Sequence record: SRR2962707_771
Reading direction: 5' to 3' (one strand)
DNA: 64,000 bases
In this document: one piece after another, positions 1-9,542 of the stretch
Layout: every line of letters starts with the position of its first letter
Numbering within the stretch: position 1 is the first letter of the stretch
Notes under the pieces: model-generated
What the model saw: the letters and a program-made list of their open reading frames with translations, nothing else
What the model was told of the DNA's origin: nothing
Databases searched by the model: none
Position numbers and translations under genes: made by a program

Positions 1-103
1 CACTCAACGAGAATGTGCGCTCTAGCCTCAAGTCCCTCCTTTTATTAAATAAATTAGTAGAACAAACATATTAAAGCCTTTGTCATCGTTGGCTTTTAAA
101 GAG

Positions 104-133
104 GCCTGTCTTATTAATTTAAAAAAGACAGGC
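104..133. terminator. Hairpin downstream of emrB (possible terminator)
   Basis: Inverted repeat GCCTGTCTT(104-112)...AAGACAGGC(125-133), about 80 bp past the emrB stop; weak U-tract. Confidence 0.45.
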
Positions 134-211
134 ATGCTAAAACCCTTGTGGTTACTGCTTTTTAAGGGTGCCTGTCCTTGAATGGTTCTAGGCCTCTGTG
201 TGGTGGTATGG

Positions 212-1708
212 TTAGTGTTCTTTTAGGGCTTTTTTCGTGAAGAAAATAAACGGTGTGAGTACAAAGAACAGCACCATTAGCATGGTAAATAGATCAATGG
301 TAGACATCATCAAGCCCTGTGACGTCACTGTTTGATTGAAGTTCATCAAAGTGGCCGTGCTTGGATTTTGCAATTGCTGTGATACAAGCGGGTTGTAAGG
401 TGATATCTGCTCACTTAACACCGAATGATGGACGCTTGAGTTTCGTGCCCATATCCAAGCGGTTAATGAAGAGGCGAAACTGGCGCCGAGGGTTCGTATA
501 AAGGTCGATAACGAGGCGCCATCGGCAATGTCGGGTCCATTAAGGTCAGACATCAATATGGTTGTCATTGGCATAAAGAAAAGCGCGATGCCAATGCCCA
601 TAAACAGTTGGATAAGCGCAATGGTGGCGAAATCTATGTCCAAATTAAACAAGGTGCGCAAGTAACAGCTGATGCCTATGACAACGAATGAGCTGCCGGC
701 CAACCAACGCATGTCCATACGATGGCCAAATTTCCCCAGTAGTGGTGACATGATCAAGGGCAATATGCCCATGGGCGCAGCCGCTAGGCCTGCCCACAAT
801 GCGGTGTAGCCCAATTGCGTTTGCATCCACTGGGGCAATATTAAGTTGATGCTGAAAAAGCCTGCGTACCCTAACGTTAGCAATATGGTGCCAATGCAAA
901 AGTTACGATTGGCGAACAAGCGCAAGTTAATAGCAGGGTGCTCGTCGGTTAATTCCCAAATAACCATAAATACCAACATAATTGCTGCAAAGACCGACCC
1001 AATAATAATCCACTGATTAGAGAACCAATCCAGGTCGTTGCCTTTATCCAATACAATCTGCAATGCTCCGACACCCAATACCATGGCCGTCAAGCCAATA
1101 ATGTCCAGTTTGGGCTTGGTTTTTTCCTGCGGACGATCTTTCAATTGCGCCAAGATAACGCTCACGGAGAACAATCCTACAGGGATGTTGATAAAGAAAA
1201 TCCATGGCCAGCTGTAGTTATAGGTAAGCCAACCGCCCAAAATAGGCCCTACGATCGGCCCTACTACCGCTACCATACCGATTAATGCCAATGCCATGCC
1301 GCGTTTTGCACGAGGGAAAATAGACATTAATAGCACTTGGCTCATTGGAAAAAGTGGCGCCGCAGACAAGCCTTGTAATGCTCGAAAGACCACTAATTCC
1401 GCCATGTTTTGCGATATGCCACACAAAAAAGAAGTGGTAATAAAGCTTAACAGTGCCGCCGTATAAAGCTGCACTTCACCAAAGCGTCGGCTGAGCCACG
1501 AAGTGATAGGCAAGCCGATGGCATTACAGACGGTGAAAGACGTAATAACCCAGGTTCCTTGGTTAAAACTGACGCCCATGCTGCCTGAAATGGTGGGCAA
1601 AGAGACGTTGGCAATCGTGGTATCCAGCACTTGCATGAAAACACCCAGCGCAATGGCAAACACACACAGAGCCATATTAGCGGGACGAAACCCTTCTTGT
1701 TGACTCAT
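212..1708 (-). CDS. emrB: DHA2 (EmrB/QacA) MFS multidrug efflux permease
   Basis: Motifs FMQVLDTTIANVSLPTI and WVITSF, about 14 hydrophobic segments, in an operon with an EmrA-like MFP. Confidence 0.93.
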   Translation of the reverse strand: MSQQEGFRPANMALCVFAIALGVFMQVLDTTIANVSLPTISGSMGVSFNQGTWVITSFTVCNAIGLPITSWLSRRFGEVQLYTAALLSFITTSFLCGISQNMAELVVFRALQGLSAAPLFPMSQVLLMSIFPRAKRGMALALIGMVAVVGPIVGPILGGWLTYNYSWPWIFFINIPVGLFSVSVILAQLKDRPQEKTKPKLDIIGLTAMVLGVGALQIVLDKGNDLDWFSNQWIIIGSVFAAIMLVFMVIWELTDEHPAINLRLFANRNFCIGTILLTLGYAGFFSINLILPQWMQTQLGYTALWAGLAAAPMGILPLIMSPLLGKFGHRMDMRWLAGSSFVVIGISCYLRTLFNLDIDFATIALIQLFMGIGIALFFMPMTTILMSDLNGPDIADGASLSTFIRTLGASFASSLTAWIWARNSSVHHSVLSEQISPYNPLVSQQLQNPSTATLMNFNQTVTSQGLMMSTIDLFTMLMVLFFVLTPFIFFTKKALKEH

Positions 1709-1717
1709 AGATAGTCC

Positions 1718-2923
1718 TTACGGCTGGTTCGCGGATGCAGGGTGACGTTGCGCATCATTTTCTTTGATGATTTGGCTGATAACTTGTGCCACGCCTTGCA
1801 TCGTTTGATGGTAAACGTCGGTCTCAAAACGAGGTTTTGCAGGGCTGTCTGTGGCCAATAATTTGCCTGATGGGCTTACTGTGTTCACATCGACATTCAT
1901 GGATAAACCAATGCGAAGAGGGTGTGAAGCCAGCTCATTTTTATCAAGCTTAATGCGCACCGGTAAGCGCTGTACAATTTTGATCCAGTTACCCGTTGCA
2001 TTTTGCGCTGGCAACACGGAGAAGGCACTGCCGGTACCAATCCCCAAGCTTTCGACTGTGCCGTGGAAAACAACCTCGTCACCATACAGGTCACTGACCA
2101 AGGACACGGGCTGGCCAATGCGCATATTGTCGAGTTGCGTCTCTTTAAAATTTGCGTCTACCCAAACATCATGCAAGGGTACTACGGCCATTAATGTTGC
2201 GCTGGGAGAGATACGTTGTCCAAGTTGCACTTGTCGACGAGCCACATAGCCGGTCACTGGTGCCACTATTTGTGTGCGTTGTTTGGCTAGGTACGCTTGT
2301 TTTACGTTGGCAATCGCGGATTTGACGACTGGGTGTGTCTCGACTGTGGTGCCAAATATCATCGATTGTTGCGCTTTTAATTGTTCAACGGAAACCGCCA
2401 ATTGTTTTTGTGCCGAATCGACCATGTCTTTTGCGTGGCTTAAGTCTTCTTGTGACAAACCACCGGCTTTCACCATGTTTTTACGACGTTGGTAATCTTT
2501 TTGTGCCTTGTGCAGGGTGATTTCTTGAGACGCGACAACGGCTTCCGCTTGGGTCACGTTATTGAACATGGCTCTTACTTGGCGCACGGCCTGCGCTAAT
2601 TTTGCTTTTGCGTCTTCGTAGGCGATGTCGGCATCTGCTTCATCAAAACGCACTAGGACTTGCCCCTTTTTCACATAATCCCCATCATCAGCGGTGATTT
2701 GTGTGACTGTTCCGACTGTTTCAGACGTAATCGAAACAATGTTGCCATTAACGTAAGCGTCGTCTGTTGTTTGATTGCCAACAATGTATGTCTCGTAATA
2801 CCAGCTGACGGCGATGGCGCCTAAGACAATAATAATAAACAGTATGATTAAGCTTTTTTTGCGCTTGCTGTTTGTTGGTGCTGCTGTGTTTGCGTCGTTG
2901 TTTTGCATAATTTTATTCACCAT
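1718..2923 (-). CDS. emrA: EmrA/HlyD-family membrane fusion protein
   Basis: TTDDAYV, VWVDANFKETQL, GTGSAFSVLPAQNATGNWIKIVQRLPV motifs; single N-terminal TM; start overlaps the upstream stop (TAATG). Confidence 0.93.
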   Translation of the reverse strand: MVNKIMQNNDANTAAPTNSKRKKSLIILFIIIVLGAIAVSWYYETYIVGNQTTDDAYVNGNIVSITSETVGTVTQITADDGDYVKKGQVLVRFDEADADIAYEDAKAKLAQAVRQVRAMFNNVTQAEAVVASQEITLHKAQKDYQRRKNMVKAGGLSQEDLSHAKDMVDSAQKQLAVSVEQLKAQQSMIFGTTVETHPVVKSAIANVKQAYLAKQRTQIVAPVTGYVARRQVQLGQRISPSATLMAVVPLHDVWVDANFKETQLDNMRIGQPVSLVSDLYGDEVVFHGTVESLGIGTGSAFSVLPAQNATGNWIKIVQRLPVRIKLDKNELASHPLRIGLSMNVDVNTVSPSGKLLATDSPAKPRFETDVYHQTMQGVAQVISQIIKENDAQRHPASANQP

Positions 2924-4362
2924 TAATGTTTAGAGGTAGAGACCGTTTGATCATCCCCAAAACCACCGCCTAGGGCTTCAATAAGAGCGGCTTGCTGTTC
3001 TTGTAGCTGATTTTTCAGTAGTGTCAGTGCCGACTCAGCTTGCAATAATTGATTCTCGATGAGTAACACTTCCAATTGACTGCCCATCCCGGATTGGTAG
3101 CGCTTTTCCGTGATGTGGTAACTCTGAGCAGCCAGTTTGGCGCTGCGTTGGGCATCTGCGATTTGTTTGTTAACCGATTTAATGGTCAAAATTCGGTCGG
3201 TCACATCGCCAAAGGCTTTGCTGATCGTTTGGTTGTAATGCGCCACGGCCGAATCATAATCAGCGCTTTGATCGATCAAGTTGGCCTTGAGATCTTGCGT
3301 AAATAAGGGCAAGGAAATGGCAGGGCCGACACTCCAAGAGCGGCTTGGTTCGCCAAACATGGAGTCCCCTAGCACGCTTTTAAAGCCAGCACTGGCGCTC
3401 AAATTGACGTTAGGGTAAAAGCGCGTTTTGGCCACATCAATGTTTTTGCTGGCCGCTTCGATGCGCCATTTCGCCGCCACAATGTCAGGGCGATGTGCCA
3501 TAAGATTCGCTGGTAGCTCAGCAGGTAAGTTGAGTTTGGCGCTTAGGTGCGCGCTTGGGCGCTGAATGTTATTGGCAAGGTCAGGTCCATCGCCTATCAA
3601 TGTTGCCAAGGCATTTTTTAGCAACTGAATGCTCAGCGCTCTCTGCTTTAGAACCTGTTTAGAAGACGCTTCGTTGCTTTGTGCTGTGTACAAGCGATCA
3701 TTTGAGGTTAGACCGCTTTGTAATAATTTTTCCGTGATCAAAACGATACGCTGGGTGCGTTCGAAATCGTCTTTGGCAAGGTCTTCTAATGCATATGCAT
3801 TGGCCAGTTGAATGTAAGTTCGAATGATGGCGGATGATAAATTTATCTTCGCGGCTTGATGGTCTATTTCAGCGGCTTTTTGATTGCTTACACTGGCAAT
3901 CCAAGCGGCTTTATTGCCTCCCCATAAATCGAAGGAATAGCTCATGTTTAGCCCAAGACCATATAGGGTGCCGTATTGGCTACCTTGGTAGGTGTAATCT
4001 TCTGAGCGAGACAAACGAGAGCGAGTGGCGCTCGCATTGGCGGACACGACGGGATCAAATTTGCTGTCTGCTGCCATCACTAAGGCGGATGCTTTTTCTA
4101 AATTAGCATTGGCCAACTGGATGTTGGGACTGTGCTGCAGTGCTTGCTCGATCAAGTTGTTTAGTTGGATATCCCCCAGCGACAACCACCATGATTGAGA
4201 AGGCCAGTTAGCCGAATACAGCTTTTTGCTTTCTAGGCTAGTCGCGTGACTCACCAAGGTTTTGTCCGTTAGGGTGTTGTGTGTTTTGATACTTGACGGT
4301 GGCGCGCACCCATAAAGAAGGCATAGCGACACATAGGTCGTAATCTTCGCCAGTTTTAGCAT
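2923..4362 (-). CDS. Efflux outer-membrane factor lipoprotein (NodT/OprM family)
   Basis: Lipobox LYGC; WWLSLGD, RPDIVAA and FYPNVNLSA motifs; C-terminal ALGGG. Confidence 0.92.
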   Translation of the reverse strand: MLKLAKITTYVSLCLLYGCAPPSSIKTHNTLTDKTLVSHATSLESKKLYSANWPSQSWWLSLGDIQLNNLIEQALQHSPNIQLANANLEKASALVMAADSKFDPVVSANASATRSRLSRSEDYTYQGSQYGTLYGLGLNMSYSFDLWGGNKAAWIASVSNQKAAEIDHQAAKINLSSAIIRTYIQLANAYALEDLAKDDFERTQRIVLITEKLLQSGLTSNDRLYTAQSNEASSKQVLKQRALSIQLLKNALATLIGDGPDLANNIQRPSAHLSAKLNLPAELPANLMAHRPDIVAAKWRIEAASKNIDVAKTRFYPNVNLSASAGFKSVLGDSMFGEPSRSWSVGPAISLPLFTQDLKANLIDQSADYDSAVAHYNQTISKAFGDVTDRILTIKSVNKQIADAQRSAKLAAQSYHITEKRYQSGMGSQLEVLLIENQLLQAESALTLLKNQLQEQQAALIEALGGGFGDDQTVSTSKH

Positions 4363-4844
4363 GTTGCATCCTTTTTATTATTCAACAGACACTCTTCGGT
4401 GTGAAAAAAATTGACAATTTTTCCTAAGCAATGCTGCAAGCTTTGTTTTTCATCTGGGGTTAAGCACTCGGTTAATTTATCAATGGCTTCATTAGCAAGA
4501 GGCAAAGCTCGTGAGGTGATTTCATGTCCTTTCGTTGTCAACTCAATAAACACTGAGCGGCGATCATCAGGGTCTGCCATACGCTGAATCAGTTCTTTCT
4601 TTTCGAGTCGATCTAGCATTCGAGTGACCGCACTGCTGTCGACGTTTAGCGCTTTACTGATGTCAGAAGAGCGTTGGTTTTTAAGAAAGAAAACCGTGAA
4701 TAGCACCTTAGCTTGACTCGATGTTATGTCTTCGACAGCGAGATAATGATCCAGAAGGCGATCTTTTATCTGCGCGCTTTTGCCGAGTAAAAAGCCGAGA
4801 TTGGTTAAAAGTGTTTCATCGATTACGTGGTATGGCGATGTCAT
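4356..4844 (-). CDS. MarR-family transcriptional regulator (EmrR-like position)
   Basis: wHTH motifs VTRMLDRLEKKELIQR and DRRSVFIELTTKG; first gene of the efflux operon; stop overlaps the OMF start. Confidence 0.92.
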   Translation of the reverse strand: MTSPYHVIDETLLTNLGFLLGKSAQIKDRLLDHYLAVEDITSSQAKVLFTVFFLKNQRSSDISKALNVDSSAVTRMLDRLEKKELIQRMADPDDRRSVFIELTTKGHEITSRALPLANEAIDKLTECLTPDEKQSLQHCLGKIVNFFHTEECLLNNKKDATC

Positions 4845-4876
4845 GAAGAACCTTGCAATAAGAATTTAAAAGTTAC

Positions 4877-4935
4877 TTGTCTATGCAATAGGTGCATAGG
4901 CAATTAATTCTGCGCATTTTATGGATTGACGTCAA
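4877..4935 (-). promoter_or_regulatory. Putative sigma70 promoter with two MarR-type operator palindromes
   Basis: Minus-strand TTGACG(4930-4935)-N17-CAGAAT(4907-4912); boxes TTGTCTATGCAA(4877-4888) and GTGCATAGGCAA(4892-4903) resemble marO TTGCC-N2-GGCAA. Confidence 0.6.
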
Positions 4936-5199
4936 TCTTGCTAAAGGCGGCGAGTGAAATTGTGTCAAAATTGACCTCTTTGTGCGTTTTTTTGCCTTAT
5001 TTGCTTATAAAGTGCAAATGGAGAGCCCTGCTAGAGCGGTATCTTATAAGGGGGAGAGTTGGATGAATTTTTCATTTTTACTGAAAAATACATATATAGA
5101 CAAAGAGTAACAAATATCTGTTAGCTGACAGTCTCTAATTCAGAAAACCTCATATATCATAAGGTGTTATATCAGTAGCGCAAATTTAATAGGACCCTT

Positions 5200-5553
5200 A
5201 TGGCATTACGAATTTTATTGGTTGACGATAGTAAAGTGAGTCGTTTGGCTTTATCTAAAGCATTAAGACGACTTGATGACTCGATTATTATCAGCGAAGC
5301 GGCCAGCGCCGATGCAGCGGAGGAGCTGCTGAAGACAGTCACGGTTGATCGGGCGCTCATTGATTACAACATGCCAGATCGAAATGGCCTTGAATTGGCT
5401 GAAGTGCTGTTAATGACTCATCCTAAAGTGAAACAAACCTTGGTAACGGCGAATATTCAAGATGCTATTAGAGATCGAGCGGCTTCGTTAGGCATAGGTT
5501 TCATTGCAAAACCAGCGAAACCTGAAGAGCTTGCCAGTGTTGTAGGTGTTTAA
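5200..5553 (+). CDS. Stand-alone CheY-like response regulator
   Basis: ILLVDD, IDYNMPD (phosphoacceptor Asp), VTA and KP conserved. Confidence 0.9.
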   Translation: MALRILLVDDSKVSRLALSKALRRLDDSIIISEAASADAAEELLKTVTVDRALIDYNMPDRNGLELAEVLLMTHPKVKQTLVTANIQDAIRDRAASLGIGFIAKPAKPEELASVVGV

Positions 5554-5554
5554 T

Positions 5555-6184
5555 ATGAAATCGTTTTTAAGCGATGATGAATTTGATTTGGTGGTTGAAC
5601 TTGTCAATATTGGGGTGGGCAAATCAGCGGCTTCTTTATCACAAATTGCAGGTGAAGAGGTGCTCTTATGTGTCCCTATTCTAGAGTTCTTAACGTTAGA
5701 TGATGCGACTCATGTGTTTGAAGAACGATTACCTAGCTCCTTAACAGGGGTTAGCCAAGAATTCTCTGGCTTTTTCTCAGGAAAGGCTGCGTTGCTTTTT
5801 CCTGAATCCCGTAGCCTTGACTTGGTAAATGTTATGCTGGGGGGAGATGATTTTGACGGAGAAGTGGACGTAGAGTTGGAAGAAGAGGCCTTGTCTGAAT
5901 TGGGTAATATTCTTCTTAATAATTGCTTGTCTACTATTTCTAATATTTTAAATAAACCACTTGCCACATTATTACCTCAGACTTTCCATACGCAGCCAGC
6001 ACGTTTGGTTAATCAGTTGGTCCCAAAAGAAAGCGCTGAAACGGTTATTATGCTTTTGAAAATTGATTTTTATCTAAAAAGTCGGAATTTATCAGGGCAT
6101 GTGGTCTTTGTTATTGATTTTACAGAAAATGGGTCCTTTAAAGATACCTTACAAGATTATCTTAGAAGTCTAGAGGAACTCTAG
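5555..6184 (+). CDS. CheC-family protein (phosphatase fold)
   Basis: Two E-x-x-N motifs (ELVNIGVG, ELGNILLN); ATG at 5555 after AGGTG (alternative GTG at 5546). Confidence 0.85.
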   Translation: MKSFLSDDEFDLVVELVNIGVGKSAASLSQIAGEEVLLCVPILEFLTLDDATHVFEERLPSSLTGVSQEFSGFFSGKAALLFPESRSLDLVNVMLGGDDFDGEVDVELEEEALSELGNILLNNCLSTISNILNKPLATLLPQTFHTQPARLVNQLVPKESAETVIMLLKIDFYLKSRNLSGHVVFVIDFTENGSFKDTLQDYLRSLEEL

Positions 6185-7509
6185 TGATGAAAGGCTTAAT
6201 ACCTGTTGATGTTTTGTTGTCATCATTTGATTGTATTGAAGGTGGGGTGATTATTTTAAACCCCGAGGGTGGAATCGTATACCTTAATGACTGGGTTCAG
6301 AAAAACAGTGTTAAAGCAAAAGAAGATTATCAAGGCCTGTTATTAACTGAGGCTTTTTGTGGTGACGTTTCAAGTCAACTTGTTGATGCTGTTGATGGTG
6401 CCGTTAGTTCATCATTGAGCCGGGTGTTGTCCCATAAAATGCATAAGAAAATCTTGCCATTTTATCGTGATAAAGTCATCTCTGAAGAACATGCATTAAA
6501 TGTTTCTGCTCTGGTTTCTCCCTTGCAAGGAAGCACTGGAATTCTAATCCGAATTGTAGATTACACATCACTGGTAAAGCGTGAAAAGCAAAATCGAGTG
6601 AACGAAGCGCTTTTAATGATTGAACGAGATTATTTCAATAAAGCGTCTGATTTAGACATTACTTTAGATCAATTCATTGCAGATTTGGTGAAAGAGCTGT
6701 CAGATAACGTGTATTTTATGTCCGTGCGCTTCTCTTTACTAAAGAAAAATGTGTTTTCACATTTTTCTGATTACTCAGACAGTCAAATTCTGAAAAAATC
6801 TGAACAAATGATATTGCATCATACAGGCACCAACGATGAACTTTTGGAAGCCCTAAAAGGGCTTGGCGCTCAAGGGGGAAAGTCGCTTGGGGTGATGGAT
6901 TTTTCGATTGAGAATATGAAAGGGATCGTTGAATTAGTCAAAGAGTCAGATCATATTCTGGATATAAGCTTTGAAAAAACAGCGGATAAGATAAAAGGTT
7001 TATTATTTAGCTTAATTGAATGGAAAATAAGTTATGAAAAACTAAATTATATGGCTATTCATGATGAACTTACAGGTTTATACAATCGTTCTTATTTAGG
7101 TAAAAAATTTACGGTCTTAAGCAAAGAAGTAGAAAAGGAAGTAAACGGAGAAGGGTCTCTTATCTTATTTTTTATCGACTTAAATAAGTTTAAAAACATT
7201 AATGATCAATTTGGCCATCGTTTTGGTGATAAAGTGCTAATCAAGGTGGCCCAGAAAATAAAAGCCTGTTTAGCCCCTGATGATATTGCATTTCGTATTG
7301 GGGGAGACGAGTTTTTGGTAATAAAAAAAGGTCGGCAGCCTGAAGAGTACCAACAGAGCTTAAAGTTGAAAATAGCCAGCCCTTTTCTCTGTGGACCCAG
7401 ACCTATCTCTATTTCTGCCTCGATCGGAGCCGCCGTTTTTCCGCAGGATGGCCGCACTTTAGATGAGTTAATTCATCTGGCCGATGAAAAAATGTATGCA
7501 GAGAAATAA
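6184..7509 (+). CDS. Sensor diguanylate cyclase (N-terminal PAS-like, C-terminal GGDEF)
   Basis: HDELTGLYNR, DLNKFKNINDQFGHRFGD, RIGGDEF; RxxD I-site absent (APDD). Confidence 0.9.
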   Translation: MMKGLIPVDVLLSSFDCIEGGVIILNPEGGIVYLNDWVQKNSVKAKEDYQGLLLTEAFCGDVSSQLVDAVDGAVSSSLSRVLSHKMHKKILPFYRDKVISEEHALNVSALVSPLQGSTGILIRIVDYTSLVKREKQNRVNEALLMIERDYFNKASDLDITLDQFIADLVKELSDNVYFMSVRFSLLKKNVFSHFSDYSDSQILKKSEQMILHHTGTNDELLEALKGLGAQGGKSLGVMDFSIENMKGIVELVKESDHILDISFEKTADKIKGLLFSLIEWKISYEKLNYMAIHDELTGLYNRSYLGKKFTVLSKEVEKEVNGEGSLILFFIDLNKFKNINDQFGHRFGDKVLIKVAQKIKACLAPDDIAFRIGGDEFLVIKKGRQPEEYQQSLKLKIASPFLCGPRPISISASIGAAVFPQDGRTLDELIHLADEKMYAEK

Positions 7510-7513
7510 CCAA

Positions 7514-7792
7514 TTACAGACCCATTAAAATAGGTTTATGAACGATTTTGGTACGCAAAAACACCGTCTCTGTGTCAATAATGTAGCAAGGTGTGCGTTG
7601 TTTGATCAAATATTCTACACGGCCTTGTAGAGCCTTTCTTCTTTTCGATAAGCGCGTGTTCAAATCATTCGTTGTGCCTGAGAGGTTATGGATCGTCACT
7701 TTATAGACCTTTTCTCTTGCTTTTTTATTAAGTCGATATTGCGACAACAGCCGATAGAGACCATCGACAATGGCATGCGAGATACCATTCAT
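7514..7792 (-). CDS. Hypothetical basic protein or gene remnant
   Basis: 92-aa ORF filling an otherwise empty interval; no clear RBS and no recognisable domain. Confidence 0.35.
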   Translation of the reverse strand: MNGISHAIVDGLYRLLSQYRLNKKAREKVYKVTIHNLSGTTNDLNTRLSKRRKALQGRVEYLIKQRTPCYIIDTETVFLRTKIVHKPILMGL

Positions 7793-8089
7793 CTTTTTGT
7801 CGTTGGTGCGTTTCTAGATATTGTCTAAACACACCTAGGTGACACCATAAGCGCGATGACGTTTAAAAGGCGTTAAGCGTTTATAGGATGAATCGTATCG
7901 TCCTACCTCTGCTGCTTTACTATTCAAGGAGCAAAGAGTCTATATGAATTTGCGTGGCCGCCACCAAGTGATGTTGGCCTCAGTGATTGATGAAAAGATC
8001 ATGAGAAGTGATGGCTGCGAGGAGGCTCGACTTCCCAGAGGTTTTAAGAAAGACAGGACCTGGCACACAAATCTGCTAGTCGATTTATC

Positions 8090-8124
8090 AAAAAGCCCCG
8101 CTTTATGTACTCATAAAGCGGGGC
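8090..8124 (-). terminator. Rho-independent terminator of the NCS2 permease gene
   Basis: 13-bp stem GCCCCGCTTTATG/CATAAAGCGGGGC, 4-nt loop, U-tract on the minus strand. Confidence 0.85.
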
Positions 8125-8153
8125 GTAATTTTGGTCTATAGCAGGATGTCGAG

Positions 8154-9446
8154 TTATGTGAAGAACAGGTATTTCACAATGAAGAACACCGCTAAAACAT
8201 AAACACTAATACCAACTTGCTTACCTTGTCCTGATAGCAACTTGATAACCGCGTAGCTGATGAAAGACAACGCAATACCGTGTGCAATGGAGTAGGTCAG
8301 TGGCATAGTGAAGGCGGCAATCAACACAGGTGCAGATTCTGAAATATCTTCCCAATCTACTTTTGCAAGGCTGCTGGTCATTAACACAGCCACATAAAGC
8401 AAGGCACCCGCGGTAGCGTAAGACGGAATAGACGCTGCCAATGGCGAGAAGAACAAGCTCAATAAGAAGAGCAGTCCCACGACCACAGCGGTCAGACCAG
8501 TACGACCGCCAGCCGCAACGCCTGATGCACTTTCGATGTAGCTTGTGGTAGAGGAGGTACCAAAAGAAGCACCAATCACAGTGGCAGTGGAGTCGGCTAG
8601 TAAGGCTTTCTTAAGACGTGGAAGTTTTCCGTCTTTGTCCAATAAACCACCGCGTTGTCCCACGCCCAATAGGGTGCCTGATGTATCAAATAGATCGACA
8701 AACAAGAACGCAAAAATGACGCTGATCATGCCAATATTAAAGGCACCTTTCACATCCATTTGTAAAAAAGTGGGTGCGATAGACGGCGGAGTGGATATGA
8801 CGCCAGCAAATTCACTGTTGCCAAACACAATCGACAGTACGGTCACGCAAAGAATGCCGATCATCACCGCGCCTGTGACTCTTAAGTAGGACAAAGCAGA
8901 AATGATGAAAAAACCCAAGAAGCCGTAAATAGCCGCCGGCTTGGATAAGTCACCTAAGGTGACCAAGGTGGCTGGGTTTTTCACGATAATGCCCGCATTT
9001 TGCAGTGCGACCATGGCTAAGAATAAGCCAATGCCTGCGGCGATGCCGAGTTTTAAGGAAGAAGGAATGGCGTTAATCACCCATTCGCGAATTTTAAACA
9101 CGCTGATCAGAATAAACACACAACCAGAAAGGAACACAGCGCCTAATGCTTGTTCCCATGTGTAGCCCATGCCTAGAACCACACCGTAAGTGAAAAAGGC
9201 ATTAAGCCCCATACCAGGAGCTAAAGCGATTGGGTAATTCGCATACAGCCCCATAATCAAACAGCCGACGGCCGCAGCAATACAGGTAGCGACAAACACC
9301 GCGCCTTGATCCATGCCTGCCTGAGCAAGGATGGAAGGGTTGACGAAAATAATATAAGCCATGGTCAGGAAGGTGGTTATCCCGCCTATGATTTCATTAC
9401 GTATCGTCGTGTTGTGAGCTTTTAGTTGAAAGAAACGTTCGAGCAT
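8154..9446 (-). CDS. NCS2/AzgA-type purine (adenine/guanine/hypoxanthine) permease
   Basis: TTFLTMAYIIFVNP, APGMGLNAFF, DLFDTSGTL, YIESASGVAAGGRTGLTA. Confidence 0.93.
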   Translation of the reverse strand: MLERFFQLKAHNTTIRNEIIGGITTFLTMAYIIFVNPSILAQAGMDQGAVFVATCIAAAVGCLIMGLYANYPIALAPGMGLNAFFTYGVVLGMGYTWEQALGAVFLSGCVFILISVFKIREWVINAIPSSLKLGIAAGIGLFLAMVALQNAGIIVKNPATLVTLGDLSKPAAIYGFLGFFIISALSYLRVTGAVMIGILCVTVLSIVFGNSEFAGVISTPPSIAPTFLQMDVKGAFNIGMISVIFAFLFVDLFDTSGTLLGVGQRGGLLDKDGKLPRLKKALLADSTATVIGASFGTSSTTSYIESASGVAAGGRTGLTAVVVGLLFLLSLFFSPLAASIPSYATAGALLYVAVLMTSSLAKVDWEDISESAPVLIAAFTMPLTYSIAHGIALSFISYAVIKLLSGQGKQVGISVYVLAVFFIVKYLFFT

Positions 9447-9542
9447 TGAGTGACCTTTTTTAGTTAAATTACCTAATTTCGTTCCAAATAAGCGCTGTGG
9501 CGCTGCTTATTGGTAGAGATTAGACCAACGAGGGGATAAAGT

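Noticed and set aside
1-40. Possible minus-strand gene start (AGGAGG, then TTG at 31, MRLERTFSLS...) running off the window
   Set aside because: Only 10 codons are visible and the RBS spacing is short, so it cannot be supported
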